NCBI GenBank assembly: GCA_031254195.1
Contig: JAIRUW010000044.1
Span: 6,208-70,207 of the forward strand
DNA from: Oscillospiraceae bacterium
Lineage (GTDB): Bacteria > Bacillota > Clostridia > Oscillospirales > UBA929
Direction of reading: 5' to 3'
DNA: 64,000 bases
Shown here: positions 28,144-36,903 of the stretch, in pieces
How positions within the stretch are numbered: the first letter of the stretch is position 1
How the letters are laid out: every line of letters starts with the position of its first letter
Made by a program: the position numbers and the translations under genes
Notes under the pieces: model-generated
What the model saw: only the letters and a program-made list of their open reading frames with translations
Told to the model about the DNA's origin: nothing
The model's database searches: none

Positions 28144-31050
28144 ATGCTGTCAGGCAGTGCTCAGGATTCTATAGCGCAAGACGTGATACAATATCGGCAG
28201 GTAAACGACGCGCTGGGCGTCGCGCATTGGGATATGATTGTCATCGATGGAGATACGGCAAATCCAGCCAGTAAGGTTACCTGGTCTGTGAAATTCCGGC
28301 AAATGCTTGGCTTTTCGTCGGAGGAGGATTTCCCCAACAACATCACCAGCTGGACCGGCCGTCTGCACCCCAGCGACCACGACAGGGTCATGTCAGCCAT
28401 AACATTGCATATAAACGACCGCACCGGGCAGACGCCGTATGACTTGGAATACCGTCTGATGTCCAAAACCGGCGGCTATAAGTATGTTCGCGCGTTAGGC
28501 GCTACCATGCGGGACGGCGAGGGCGTGCCGTTATGGGTGGCCGGGATATTGGAGGACATCACCGACAAAAAGCAGATGCGGGAACAGATGAGGGAAACGG
28601 AAGATAGGATGCAGCTCATGCTGAAAGCCGCCCCCTTTGTCGTCTCCATGTGGAACAGGAATCTGACCCCCATCGATTGCTCGCTGGACACGGCCAATGT
28701 TTTCGGGTTTACGAGTAAGCAGGAATTTTTGGATAGATTCGTGGCTTTGGCGCCTGCCGTCCAGCCGGACGGCAGGCTGACGGCGGATGTGTCGGAGGAG
28801 GCTTTCCGCGCGGCGTTTGAAACGGGGTTCCACCGGTATGAGTATTGGCACTACACAACAGGCGGCGACTTGATCCCGCTCGACGTCCCGCTTATCCGCA
28901 TCCGGTATAAGGATGGCTTCGCCGTCGTGGCATACGCGCGCGACTTGCGAGAGCAGAAGGCGATGACGGCAAGGATCGAGCGGCAGAATAAGCTGCTGGA
29001 CACGCTGAATCAAACGGCGACAACCCTTCTGTCCGTCCATGACGGAGTGTCCTTTGAAGATTCTTTGCTTGAAAGCATGGGCCTGATTGGGCGATGCGTG
29101 GACGTAGACCGTGTCCTGATCTGGCAGAATGACGACAACAGCGGTCCCGCTTTCAATATTCTCAGATATAGCTGGCTCAGCGACATCGGCAAACAGTACA
29201 CAGCCGTCCCGGCCGGCCTGAGCCTCCCTAGCGGCGGCGTCCCTGAATGGTTGGATGCGCTCGCGCGGGGTGAGTGTGTCAACAGCGTGATCAGCGAGAT
29301 ATCGCCGGACGGGCATACGGTCATGAGCCGCTATGAGATTAAATCCGTTACAATGATCCCGCTATTTTGGCAGGATCGGTATTGGGGCTTTATCAGCCTT
29401 GACGACTGCCGCCAAGAGCGCATTTTTTCCAAGGAAGACTTGGATATACTGCGTTCCGCCGGCTTGATGATCGTCAATGCCCTGCTGCACCATGTTATGA
29501 TAGAGAGCGTCCATGCCGCCAACGAGGCGAAAAGCAGTTTCCTTGCCAATATGAGCCATGAGATGCGGACGCCGCTCAACGCGATCATCGGGATGACGGC
29601 AATCGGCAAAGGGGCGCGGGATATTAACGAGATGCAATACGCGCTCGGCAAAATCGAGGACGCGTCGGCCAATCTGCTCAATGTCATCAACGACGTATTG
29701 GATATGTCTAAAATAGAGGCCAACAAACTGGAGCTGTCGCCCGCGGAGTTCAACATTGAGTGGATGCTGCAAAGGGTGGTTTCGGTCGTCAATTTCCGCA
29801 TGAACGAAAAGCGGCAAATATTTGATGCCCACGTGGACGTCAAGGTTCCGCATTTCATCATTGGCGACGACCAGCGGCTGGCGCAGGTCGTCACCAACTT
29901 ACTCGCCAACGCGAGCAAGTTCACTCCGCCAAACGGCAGTATACACCTTGCCGTATCTCTGGCGGGAGAGCTGGACGGGCTTTGCACACTGCGGTTTGAA
30001 GTGACCGACAGCGGAATCGGCATATCGAAAGAACAGCAGGAAAACCTGTTTCACGCGTTTTCACAGGCGGAAAGCGGGATTAGCCGAACATATGGGGGCA
30101 CCGGCCTCGGGCTTGCGCTGTGCAAACGCATTGTCGAGCTGATGGACGGCGAGATTCGGGTCGAATCGGAGAGCGGTCAAGGGGCAAGGTTTATCTTCAC
30201 CATCAAAGCCGTTCGCGGCAAGCGGCGCCTCTTGTCATTGCTCAGTCCCGTCGTTAAAGGAGAAGAGCTGCATATACTGGCTGTTGACGACGATGAGTTC
30301 ATGCGGGAATACATCAAGGGAGTCTTTAAGCATGTCGGCATCCGGTGCAGCGTGGCGTCCGACGCCGCCGAAGCCCTCAGGATGATCGAGGAAAACGGCG
30401 ATTATGACCTGTATTTCATCGACTGGCTTATGCCCGGAATGAACGGCATAGAGCTAACCAAGCACATCAAAGCGCGGGAGAGAAGCAAAAAGTCTTTTGT
30501 GGTGCTGTTTTCCGGCGACTGGATGGTCATCAAGCAGGAAGCGTTTAAGGCGGGCGTGGACAAATATATGCTAAAGCCATTGTTCTCCACGGCCATCATT
30601 GAATGCGTCAACGAATGTCTCGATGTCGAAAGCGCCCGTCAGGGCGAGTCGTTTATGGAGGCGGCGCACGGCCAGTTCGCGGGGAAGAGACTATTGATCG
30701 TCGAGGATATAGAGATCAACAGGGAAATTGTCATATTGCTGCTGAACGGCACGGGGATCGAGATTGACGAGGCCGAAAATGGGCTCGAAGCGGTTGAAAT
30801 GATCGAAGCCTGCCCCGGAAAGTATGACCTTGTGTTCATGGACATGCAAATGCCAATAATGGACGGGCTGGAAGCCACGCGGCGCATCCGCGCCCTGCCC
30901 GCGGTGAAAGCACTGCCTATCATCGCCATGACGGCGAACATCTTTAAGGAAGACATCGACAAATGCTTCGCCGCCGGGATGGACGGCCATCTCGGCAAGC
31001 CGCTGGATATGAACGATATGCTGGCGATACTGCGTAAATATTTGCTGTGA
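28144..31050 (+). CDS. hybrid sensor histidine kinase HK2 (PAS-PAS-GAF-HisKA-HATPase-REC-REC), cytoplasmic
   Basis: 968 aa with no TM segment. H-box ANMSHEMRTPLNAIIGM. GGTGLGLALCKRIVELMDG. Two receivers (ILAVDDDEF...FIDWLMPGMNG and LIVEDIEINREI...VFMDMQMPIMDG). Confidence 0.9.
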   Translation: MLSGSAQDSIAQDVIQYRQVNDALGVAHWDMIVIDGDTANPASKVTWSVKFRQMLGFSSEEDFPNNITSWTGRLHPSDHDRVMSAITLHINDRTGQTPYDLEYRLMSKTGGYKYVRALGATMRDGEGVPLWVAGILEDITDKKQMREQMRETEDRMQLMLKAAPFVVSMWNRNLTPIDCSLDTANVFGFTSKQEFLDRFVALAPAVQPDGRLTADVSEEAFRAAFETGFHRYEYWHYTTGGDLIPLDVPLIRIRYKDGFAVVAYARDLREQKAMTARIERQNKLLDTLNQTATTLLSVHDGVSFEDSLLESMGLIGRCVDVDRVLIWQNDDNSGPAFNILRYSWLSDIGKQYTAVPAGLSLPSGGVPEWLDALARGECVNSVISEISPDGHTVMSRYEIKSVTMIPLFWQDRYWGFISLDDCRQERIFSKEDLDILRSAGLMIVNALLHHVMIESVHAANEAKSSFLANMSHEMRTPLNAIIGMTAIGKGARDINEMQYALGKIEDASANLLNVINDVLDMSKIEANKLELSPAEFNIEWMLQRVVSVVNFRMNEKRQIFDAHVDVKVPHFIIGDDQRLAQVVTNLLANASKFTPPNGSIHLAVSLAGELDGLCTLRFEVTDSGIGISKEQQENLFHAFSQAESGISRTYGGTGLGLALCKRIVELMDGEIRVESESGQGARFIFTIKAVRGKRRLLSLLSPVVKGEELHILAVDDDEFMREYIKGVFKHVGIRCSVASDAAEALRMIEENGDYDLYFIDWLMPGMNGIELTKHIKARERSKKSFVVLFSGDWMVIKQEAFKAGVDKYMLKPLFSTAIIECVNECLDVESARQGESFMEAAHGQFAGKRLLIVEDIEINREIVILLLNGTGIEIDEAENGLEAVEMIEACPGKYDLVFMDMQMPIMDGLEATRRIRALPAVKALPIIAMTANIFKEDIDKCFAAGMDGHLGKPLDMNDMLAILRKYLL

Positions 31051-31075
31051 CGACCCTCCGCCTCCTTGAAAATGG

Positions 31076-31104
31076 TTGAAAACGCGCGCGGGCTGTGATA
31101 TACT
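31076..31104 (+). promoter_or_regulatory. candidate promoter of the bPH/SLATT-like gene pair
   Basis: TTGAAA (31076-31081), 17 nt, TATACT (31099-31104). Confidence 0.5.
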
Positions 31105-31189
31105 GGATGCAATATTATTATTTTGCTGCGCTTTCACGTGGGGCAGCGGATATAAGGCAGGAATTATAGTATGGACAGGAGGCTGTGCT

Positions 31190-31588
31190 ATGAAATTCAA
31201 ATCAAAGATTGATTGGTGGGTTCACTTGGTTGTTTGGTTAGTTATATTCATGTCCGTTTGGCCACTTGCGTTTTATTTACGCGACAGTGTAACTGCAGCC
31301 TTAGTCGTGTCTTGCACCATGCTTGTGGCAGATGTACTTCTTGTATTGCCAATTTATTTTGTTACATTCTATACTTTCAGTAACACAGCACTTCACATCC
31401 GATGTGGTTTAATAGCCATAAAAGTAAAATACAAGGATATTAAGAGCATATACGAAACTCGGGATCCTTCGGCTTCACTCGGACTATCGCTTGATAGAAT
31501 ATCAATAAATTATTCTAAAGGGGAGGTTCTTATCTCGCCAAAGAACAAGCAGGAGTTTATGAGATTGCTAAAACAGCGAATGGAATAA
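31190..31588 (+). CDS. membrane protein with a bacterial PH (bPH/DUF1200-like) domain
   Basis: The ATG at 31190 follows AGGAGG. Two N-terminal TM helices, then ...YTFSNTALHIRCGLIAIKVKYKDIKSIYETRDPSASLGLSLDRISINYSKGEVLISPKNKQEFMRLL, the bPH pattern. AT-rich. Confidence 0.65.
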   Translation: MKFKSKIDWWVHLVVWLVIFMSVWPLAFYLRDSVTAALVVSCTMLVADVLLVLPIYFVTFYTFSNTALHIRCGLIAIKVKYKDIKSIYETRDPSASLGLSLDRISINYSKGEVLISPKNKQEFMRLLKQRME

Positions 31589-31719
31589 GCAGTGAATCTA
31601 CAAACATCGCGAGTATAGCCCGCTGATGGAAATCAGCACACACCGGATTAACCTGATATGTGCGCATACGGGAGCACGGAAAATCCCCCGTAAATCTTAC
31701 TATACGAGGAGATTATGTT

Positions 31720-32340
31720 ATGAACGGAGAAGAAAATATCATCAACGCGTGGATATATGGAATTATAGCATATTCGATTATAGCGCTAGGAACACTTGTC
31801 CCTGTGCTGAAAGCATTATTGGAGAAACCAAAGATAGAGCTTGTGGGAGAAACATTTGGATCGTCCACAATTTTTTCCAAAGGCGCTAAGCAAAGGCTTA
31901 TTTCACACTACTCCCGAATAGAAAAATCATTGATTGACTGGACGCAAAAGACCAAACTATATAAACGGCTTCATTATTACTGCTTAATATGGACAATCCC
32001 CATTGCTATACTTACCCCCATGCTTTTGCAAGCTATTGGCGAAAATTCGTACTCAAAATGGTTTTTGACCATAATGACAACTCATGCCGCTATCCTTATA
32101 GCGTTGCACGAAGCGTTTAAGGTTGAAAGCAACTATAAAACTTACAGAGTAGGCGGAGCGAACTTTTTTGACCTGTACAGAAGACTGCTGGATTATCCTA
32201 AGTCGTTGGGAGAGACTGAGGAGGAGCAATTATACAAATATTTTTCATTGGTTGAGGACTTAAAGAAAAATGTTAGGGCGCAGGAGACAGAGAATATTCC
32301 GGCCGCCTCAAACCGTAAGGGTGCAGAACAACAAGAATGA
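31720..32340 (+). CDS. SLATT/DUF4231-like membrane protein (pattern-level call)
   Basis: The ATG at 31720 follows GAGGAG. ...RIEKSLIDWTQKTKLYKRLHYYCLIWTIPIAILTPMLL...WFLTIMTTHAAILIALHEAFKVESNYKTYRVGGANFFDLYRRLL... matches the helix / 2-TM hairpin / W..yR layout of DUF4231/SLATT. AT-rich. Confidence 0.5.
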   Translation: MNGEENIINAWIYGIIAYSIIALGTLVPVLKALLEKPKIELVGETFGSSTIFSKGAKQRLISHYSRIEKSLIDWTQKTKLYKRLHYYCLIWTIPIAILTPMLLQAIGENSYSKWFLTIMTTHAAILIALHEAFKVESNYKTYRVGGANFFDLYRRLLDYPKSLGETEEEQLYKYFSLVEDLKKNVRAQETENIPAASNRKGAEQQE

Positions 32341-32448
32341 TTGCACCTAATCCATCATCTATCGCAAACCTTTACCGGTCGGCGCCGTTTTGATACCGCT
32401 TACCTGTCTTTATCCACGTGTTGCGGATTAGCCCTTGCGCAAAATTTG

Positions 32449-32487
32449 CCCCCCTGATAGTATGGCTGTACATACTACACAGGGGGG
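32449..32487 (+). promoter_or_regulatory. hairpin pairing a C6 tract with the G6 Shine-Dalgarno of the downstream ABC gene
   Basis: CCCCCCTGATAGTATG (32449-32464) pairs with CATACTACACAGGGGGG (32471-32487). The GTG start is at 32494. A TTGCGC-17-TAGTAT promoter (32435-32463) overlaps the 5' arm. Confidence 0.45.
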
Positions 32488-32493
32488 CTGTTT

Positions 32494-34152
32494 GTGAAAC
32501 AGACATCCAAAAACGAATATGGCCTTGGCTGGATTTCTCAAAAAACCAAAGGCACACGGCTTCAACTTTCGCTGTATACCTTCTTCATCCTCTGCGGCGC
32601 GGGCATCGAGCTGTCGATCGCGTTTTTCCTCAAAACCTTCATCGACATTGCCACGGGCGACGTGGACGCGTCGCTGCTGCGCGTCGGGCTGCTTGCGGGC
32701 GCGGTCATTGCTGTGGGCGGCATCATATACCTGCTCAACTCAATCCTCTCAAAATGGATATATGGTAAAATAGAGCGCAACTTGAGGACAGAACTCATGG
32801 ATGTGATTTTCTCAAGGCGCATGGCGGACATCTCTAAGCAGCATACAGGGGAGCTTTTGACAAAACTGACCGTTGACATTCAAGCCGTCAGCACCTGTTT
32901 CACCAACATCATCAGCAATATGGTGGGCGGGGCCGCTTCCGCCATCGTCGCCACAGCCGCGCTGTTTTTCCTCAACTGGAAAATGGCGGTCATCATGCTC
33001 GTCCTTACACCGGTTTTGATGCTTGTGATGGGGATACTGACGCCCTTTATCCAAAAAGCGAGCACGGTAGATAAGGAAAACGACGAAAAAAATCGTAGCA
33101 TGATGCAGGAGAACCTCAGCAGGATCATGCTGATCAAGGCGTACTTTATGAAGGGGAAAACGATTGAAAAGGTCAAAGACCTCTATGCCCATAAAATGAA
33201 AAGCGGCATAAAGCTGGGCGTATGGGAAGGGCTTACGATGTTCTCGGGAATGCTGGTGGCAAACGCGATGTTCATGGTCGCCATCGGCGTCGGCGCGTAT
33301 TTCGTCTTGCAGGGCGAAACTACGCTCGGAAGCCTTATCGCCATCGTTCAACTTCTCAATTACATCGTAAATCCGGTCTCAAGGTTTTCCCAAACAATTT
33401 CGCAGGTCAGCCAAGCAATAGCCTCATCAGGCAGGATTGGCGCGATTTACAGCCTTCCCGCGGACAAAGAGGCGGTAATGACGGACTCGGTCGACGCCGT
33501 GGAATTGGTCGCCGAGAATCTGAGCTTCTCGTATAACGGCGACGACAACATACTTATGAATATAAACGCGTCATTTGCAAAGGGACATATTACAGGAATC
33601 GCGGGAAAGAGCGGGAGCGGAAAAAGTACCTTACTAAAGCTCCTGATCGGGCTGTATACACCCCGGCAGGGAACGGTTGTCTTGAATCACGCCGCCGGCA
33701 CTCTGGACGAAATCACGCCGCAAGTAGCCTATGTCCCCCCTGTTGATTACCTGTTTTCGGGGACGGTGGCGGAGAACATCATCATGTCGGAAAATGAGCC
33801 CCGGTTGGAGGAGCTGAAAGCCGCGTCGTCCAGGGCGAATATTCTCGATTTCATTCAGTCCTTGCCGGACGGGTTTGACACGCCGATTGGGGAAAGCGGC
33901 GGAACCGTGTCAAGCGGCCAGGCGCAAAGGCTGGCCATCGCGCGGGCCATCTATAAAAAATCTCCCATCATTGTCTTCGACGAGCCTACCGCGAACCTTG
34001 ACGCCGATTCTATCGATGTATTCCAATCGGCGGTCAGGCAGCTCGCCAAGGATAAAATCTGTATCATCGTTACCCATGACATATCCACGATTACCGTTTG
34101 CGATAAGGTGTACCTCCTCGAAGAAGGATGTGTCAGAGAGAAAGGGGCCTGA
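32494..34152 (+). CDS. ABC exporter, fused permease/ATP-binding protein
   Basis: 552 aa, GTG start. TM domain followed by Walker A GKSGSGKST, VSSGQAQRLAIARAI and IIVFDEPTANLD. Confidence 0.88.
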   Translation: MKQTSKNEYGLGWISQKTKGTRLQLSLYTFFILCGAGIELSIAFFLKTFIDIATGDVDASLLRVGLLAGAVIAVGGIIYLLNSILSKWIYGKIERNLRTELMDVIFSRRMADISKQHTGELLTKLTVDIQAVSTCFTNIISNMVGGAASAIVATAALFFLNWKMAVIMLVLTPVLMLVMGILTPFIQKASTVDKENDEKNRSMMQENLSRIMLIKAYFMKGKTIEKVKDLYAHKMKSGIKLGVWEGLTMFSGMLVANAMFMVAIGVGAYFVLQGETTLGSLIAIVQLLNYIVNPVSRFSQTISQVSQAIASSGRIGAIYSLPADKEAVMTDSVDAVELVAENLSFSYNGDDNILMNINASFAKGHITGIAGKSGSGKSTLLKLLIGLYTPRQGTVVLNHAAGTLDEITPQVAYVPPVDYLFSGTVAENIIMSENEPRLEELKAASSRANILDFIQSLPDGFDTPIGESGGTVSSGQAQRLAIARAIYKKSPIIVFDEPTANLDADSIDVFQSAVRQLAKDKICIIVTHDISTITVCDKVYLLEEGCVREKGA

Positions 34153-34155
34153 GCG

Positions 34156-34274
34156 CTTGCATAACCCGGCAGGTCGCGGAACACCCCGTCGCTCTAGCGA
34201 GTTTACGAGCGTAAGCAGAGGGGTTTCCGCGACCTGCCGGGTGTGATGCAAGGTGACACCAGTTTCGCAAGATT
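34156..34274. repeat. Element B full copy: ~100-nt hairpin between convergent ABC and HK3 genes (probable bidirectional terminator) plus a conserved 3' tail
   Basis: TTCCGCGACCTGCCGGG is perfectly complementary to CCCGGCAGGTCGCGGAA (17 bp), extended by GCATAAC/GTGTGATGC. The tail GCAAGGTGACACCAGTTTCGCAAGATT recurs at 21911-21937. Confidence 0.6.
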
Positions 34275-34276
34275 GT

Positions 34277-36805
34277 TTATTCGGGGAAGACTGTCAGCAA
34301 ATACCTGTGCAGTGCTTTTAAGTTTTCGCAGAACTCCGGGAAAAGTTCGGCACAGGTTTCCACTTCTCTGTTCTTCGCCGCCGCCTCCAATTTGAACGCC
34401 GTTTCACTCAGCCTCATAGCCCCGATGGTCGCCAGCATGGATTTCATGGCGTGAACGGCGATGGCGAACTGCCCGATGTTCCTTTCCTTTATATATGCCG
34501 TCATTTTATCGCATTCATCAATGAGCTTGCTGTTAAACAGCTCCAGCGCTTCGCGGTACAGCTCCTCTATCCCCGAAACGCGGCTCATGCCGATTTCAGC
34601 GTTTATATCCCCGGATTGGCTCACGGCGTCTAAAAAGCTGCTGCCCGTGTTTGCCTGCACCGGCGTTTCCTTTGATACCTTCCTTTCAACAGCCTCCTCC
34701 ACGGATTCCAAGCCGTTTTCCTTCCTCTTTATCTTTTCCTCCGGGAGCCATTTCTCCAAAACCGTGCTCAGTTCTCCCATGCTGATCGGTTTGCTAACAA
34801 AGGCGTTAAACCCTTTGGAAAGGAACATCTCCTTAGCCCCTTGGACCGCGTTGGCCGTCAGCGCGACAATAGGGATACGGCGGTATTTTTCGCCGAGCTT
34901 GCGTATCTCGGCCGCAGCCTCCACGCCGTCCATCTCCGGCATCATATGATCCATAAAAATAATATCGAAATCTTCGCGCTGCACGATCTTTATCGCGTCA
35001 GCGCCGGAGGCGACCATTTTCGGCTCGATCAGATGCAGCCGCAGCAAGCCCTGCGCCACCCGGAGATTGAAGCTGTTGTCGTCAACGACCAGAACTTTGG
35101 CGTCCGGCGCGTATAGGGCGCGCTCCTTCGCCGCATCTTTGCTGTATTTCACGCCGGCTTTGCTGCCCTCCACGATCGGAATCGTGATGGTAAAGACCGT
35201 CCACATCCCATACTCGCTATCGACCGTAATGGTTCCGCCCATCATTTCTACAAAGGATTTGCTGATGGCAAGCCCCAAGCCCGTTCCGACGATGCTTCTG
35301 TTTTTACTTTTGTCGGCTTGTGAGAAAGCGTCGAACAGGCCGGACAGAGCCTCTTTGCGGATACCCCGGCCGGTATCCATGACCGCAAAGGCAAGCATCC
35401 CCTTATCGGGTTCGGCTGTAATCCTGAGCTTAATGCTTCCTTTTTCGGTGAACTTAACGGCGTTTCCGCAGATATTGGTCAGAATCTGCCTCAGCCTTAT
35501 ATCATCCCCAAACAGATATTCCGGCAGTTCCCCTTCGTGTTCGAGCGTGAACTCCAGCCCCTTGTTCTGCGCCATAAAGCCAAACATTGACTTTAGATTA
35601 TCCACAAAGGCGCGAAAATCATAATCGACCGGGCTGAGCTCCATCCGTCCCGCCTCGATCTTCGACATATCCAATATGTCGTTGATGATGCCCAGCAGCG
35701 ATTGCGCCGAAGCGCTGATGTCCTTGACTTGCCCCATCTGCCGCTCGCTCAGCGGTTCGTTGAGCAGCAATCCCGACATGCCGATGATGGCGTTCATCGG
35801 CGTCCTGATCTCATGGGACATATTGGCAAGAAACTCGCTCTTTGACCGCGACTGCGCCTCCGCTTCTTCTTTTAGTATCGCCACTTCCTCAAATGGCTTC
35901 TTAATGAACCTTGAGGCGATGATCGCGAATGCGATATTGAGCAAAATGCTTATGAGGCCGACCAAAAGCAGCCCCCTGTCCACATCCCTGACCGGGCTTT
36001 CGGTAAGCGGCGCCACGATTCCAAGGGCCCACCCCTCTTCCGAGCCAGATATGGGCCTGTAGGCGCATATCCGGGGAATCCCGGACATGGAGTAAAACCC
36101 GATCCCCCTGTTGCCCTCGATTAGGTGGCTGATGACGCCCGCCAACTCTTTATACTCCGGTTCATCCTGCGCCCTGATGATGAAATTCTGGCGACTCTGC
36201 ACCCATTCCTCACGGGCATTGGCGATTACGTAGCCTTCGTTATCGTCAATAAAAATATGCCCCGATTCCCAAATCGTATAAGCGTTTGTCAAATTACTGA
36301 AATACAGGCCGTGGATTGTAAGCACCAAAATACGGCCCGGTATGTCGTGCATGGGGGCCGCTAAATAAAACATGACCCCATTCTCGGTGGGGATGGTGGA
36401 TGTAAAGGACATCGTTCCCAAAACAGCCCTCTGGATATAGGGATCATCCAGCAAACTCGGGCCGGCCGGGAAGTCCCCCGCCGAAGCGACGATCTCCGCG
36501 TCGTTATCAAAAACCGCCATCCCGATAAATACCGGGTACTCTGCTCCCTGCGCTTCCAAGACGTCAGGCCATGTGTCCTGCTCATAGTGCATCAGGTGAT
36601 GGGCAACCAGGTTCGCTTGCAGCCTCAGCAGCTTCAGCTCGGTGCTGATAAACTGGTCCGCTATATCGGCCACCACCAGCATATCGGCCTCAATGTACTG
36701 GTCGATATTCGTTCTTACATACCCGGTACCCGCCATGATGCTGAACAGGATAATGAGAAAGTTAGTGGAAACGATCACAAGGATTGCCCTGACCTGTATT
36801 TTCAT
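34277..36805 (-). CDS. hybrid sensor histidine kinase HK3 (TM, Cache-like extracellular domain, TM, HisKA, HATPase, REC, HPt)
   Basis: 842 aa. H-box [35 protein letters not shown]. Receiver [10 protein letters not shown]...[13 protein letters not shown]-terminal HPt-like segment [17 protein letters not shown]. Confidence 0.9.
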   Translation of the reverse strand: MKIQVRAILVIVSTNFLIILFSIMAGTGYVRTNIDQYIEADMLVVADIADQFISTELKLLRLQANLVAHHLMHYEQDTWPDVLEAQGAEYPVFIGMAVFDNDAEIVASAGDFPAGPSLLDDPYIQRAVLGTMSFTSTIPTENGVMFYLAAPMHDIPGRILVLTIHGLYFSNLTNAYTIWESGHIFIDDNEGYVIANAREEWVQSRQNFIIRAQDEPEYKELAGVISHLIEGNRGIGFYSMSGIPRICAYRPISGSEEGWALGIVAPLTESPVRDVDRGLLLVGLISILLNIAFAIIASRFIKKPFEEVAILKEEAEAQSRSKSEFLANMSHEIRTPMNAIIGMSGLLLNEPLSERQMGQVKDISASAQSLLGIINDILDMSKIEAGRMELSPVDYDFRAFVDNLKSMFGFMAQNKGLEFTLEHEGELPEYLFGDDIRLRQILTNICGNAVKFTEKGSIKLRITAEPDKGMLAFAVMDTGRGIRKEALSGLFDAFSQADKSKNRSIVGTGLGLAISKSFVEMMGGTITVDSEYGMWTVFTITIPIVEGSKAGVKYSKDAAKERALYAPDAKVLVVDDNSFNLRVAQGLLRLHLIEPKMVASGADAIKIVQREDFDIIFMDHMMPEMDGVEAAAEIRKLGEKYRRIPIVALTANAVQGAKEMFLSKGFNAFVSKPISMGELSTVLEKWLPEEKIKRKENGLESVEEAVERKVSKETPVQANTGSSFLDAVSQSGDINAEIGMSRVSGIEELYREALELFNSKLIDECDKMTAYIKERNIGQFAIAVHAMKSMLATIGAMRLSETAFKLEAAAKNREVETCAELFPEFCENLKALHRYLLTVFPE

Positions 36806-36903
36806 ATTTACTCCTCACTCCATCCTAAATACCAAGTATAACACTCTTCCCTCACGATGGCAACTCCGCCGCGTGAAATCGTTTGCGTCATGCCGCCCCT
36901 TGT

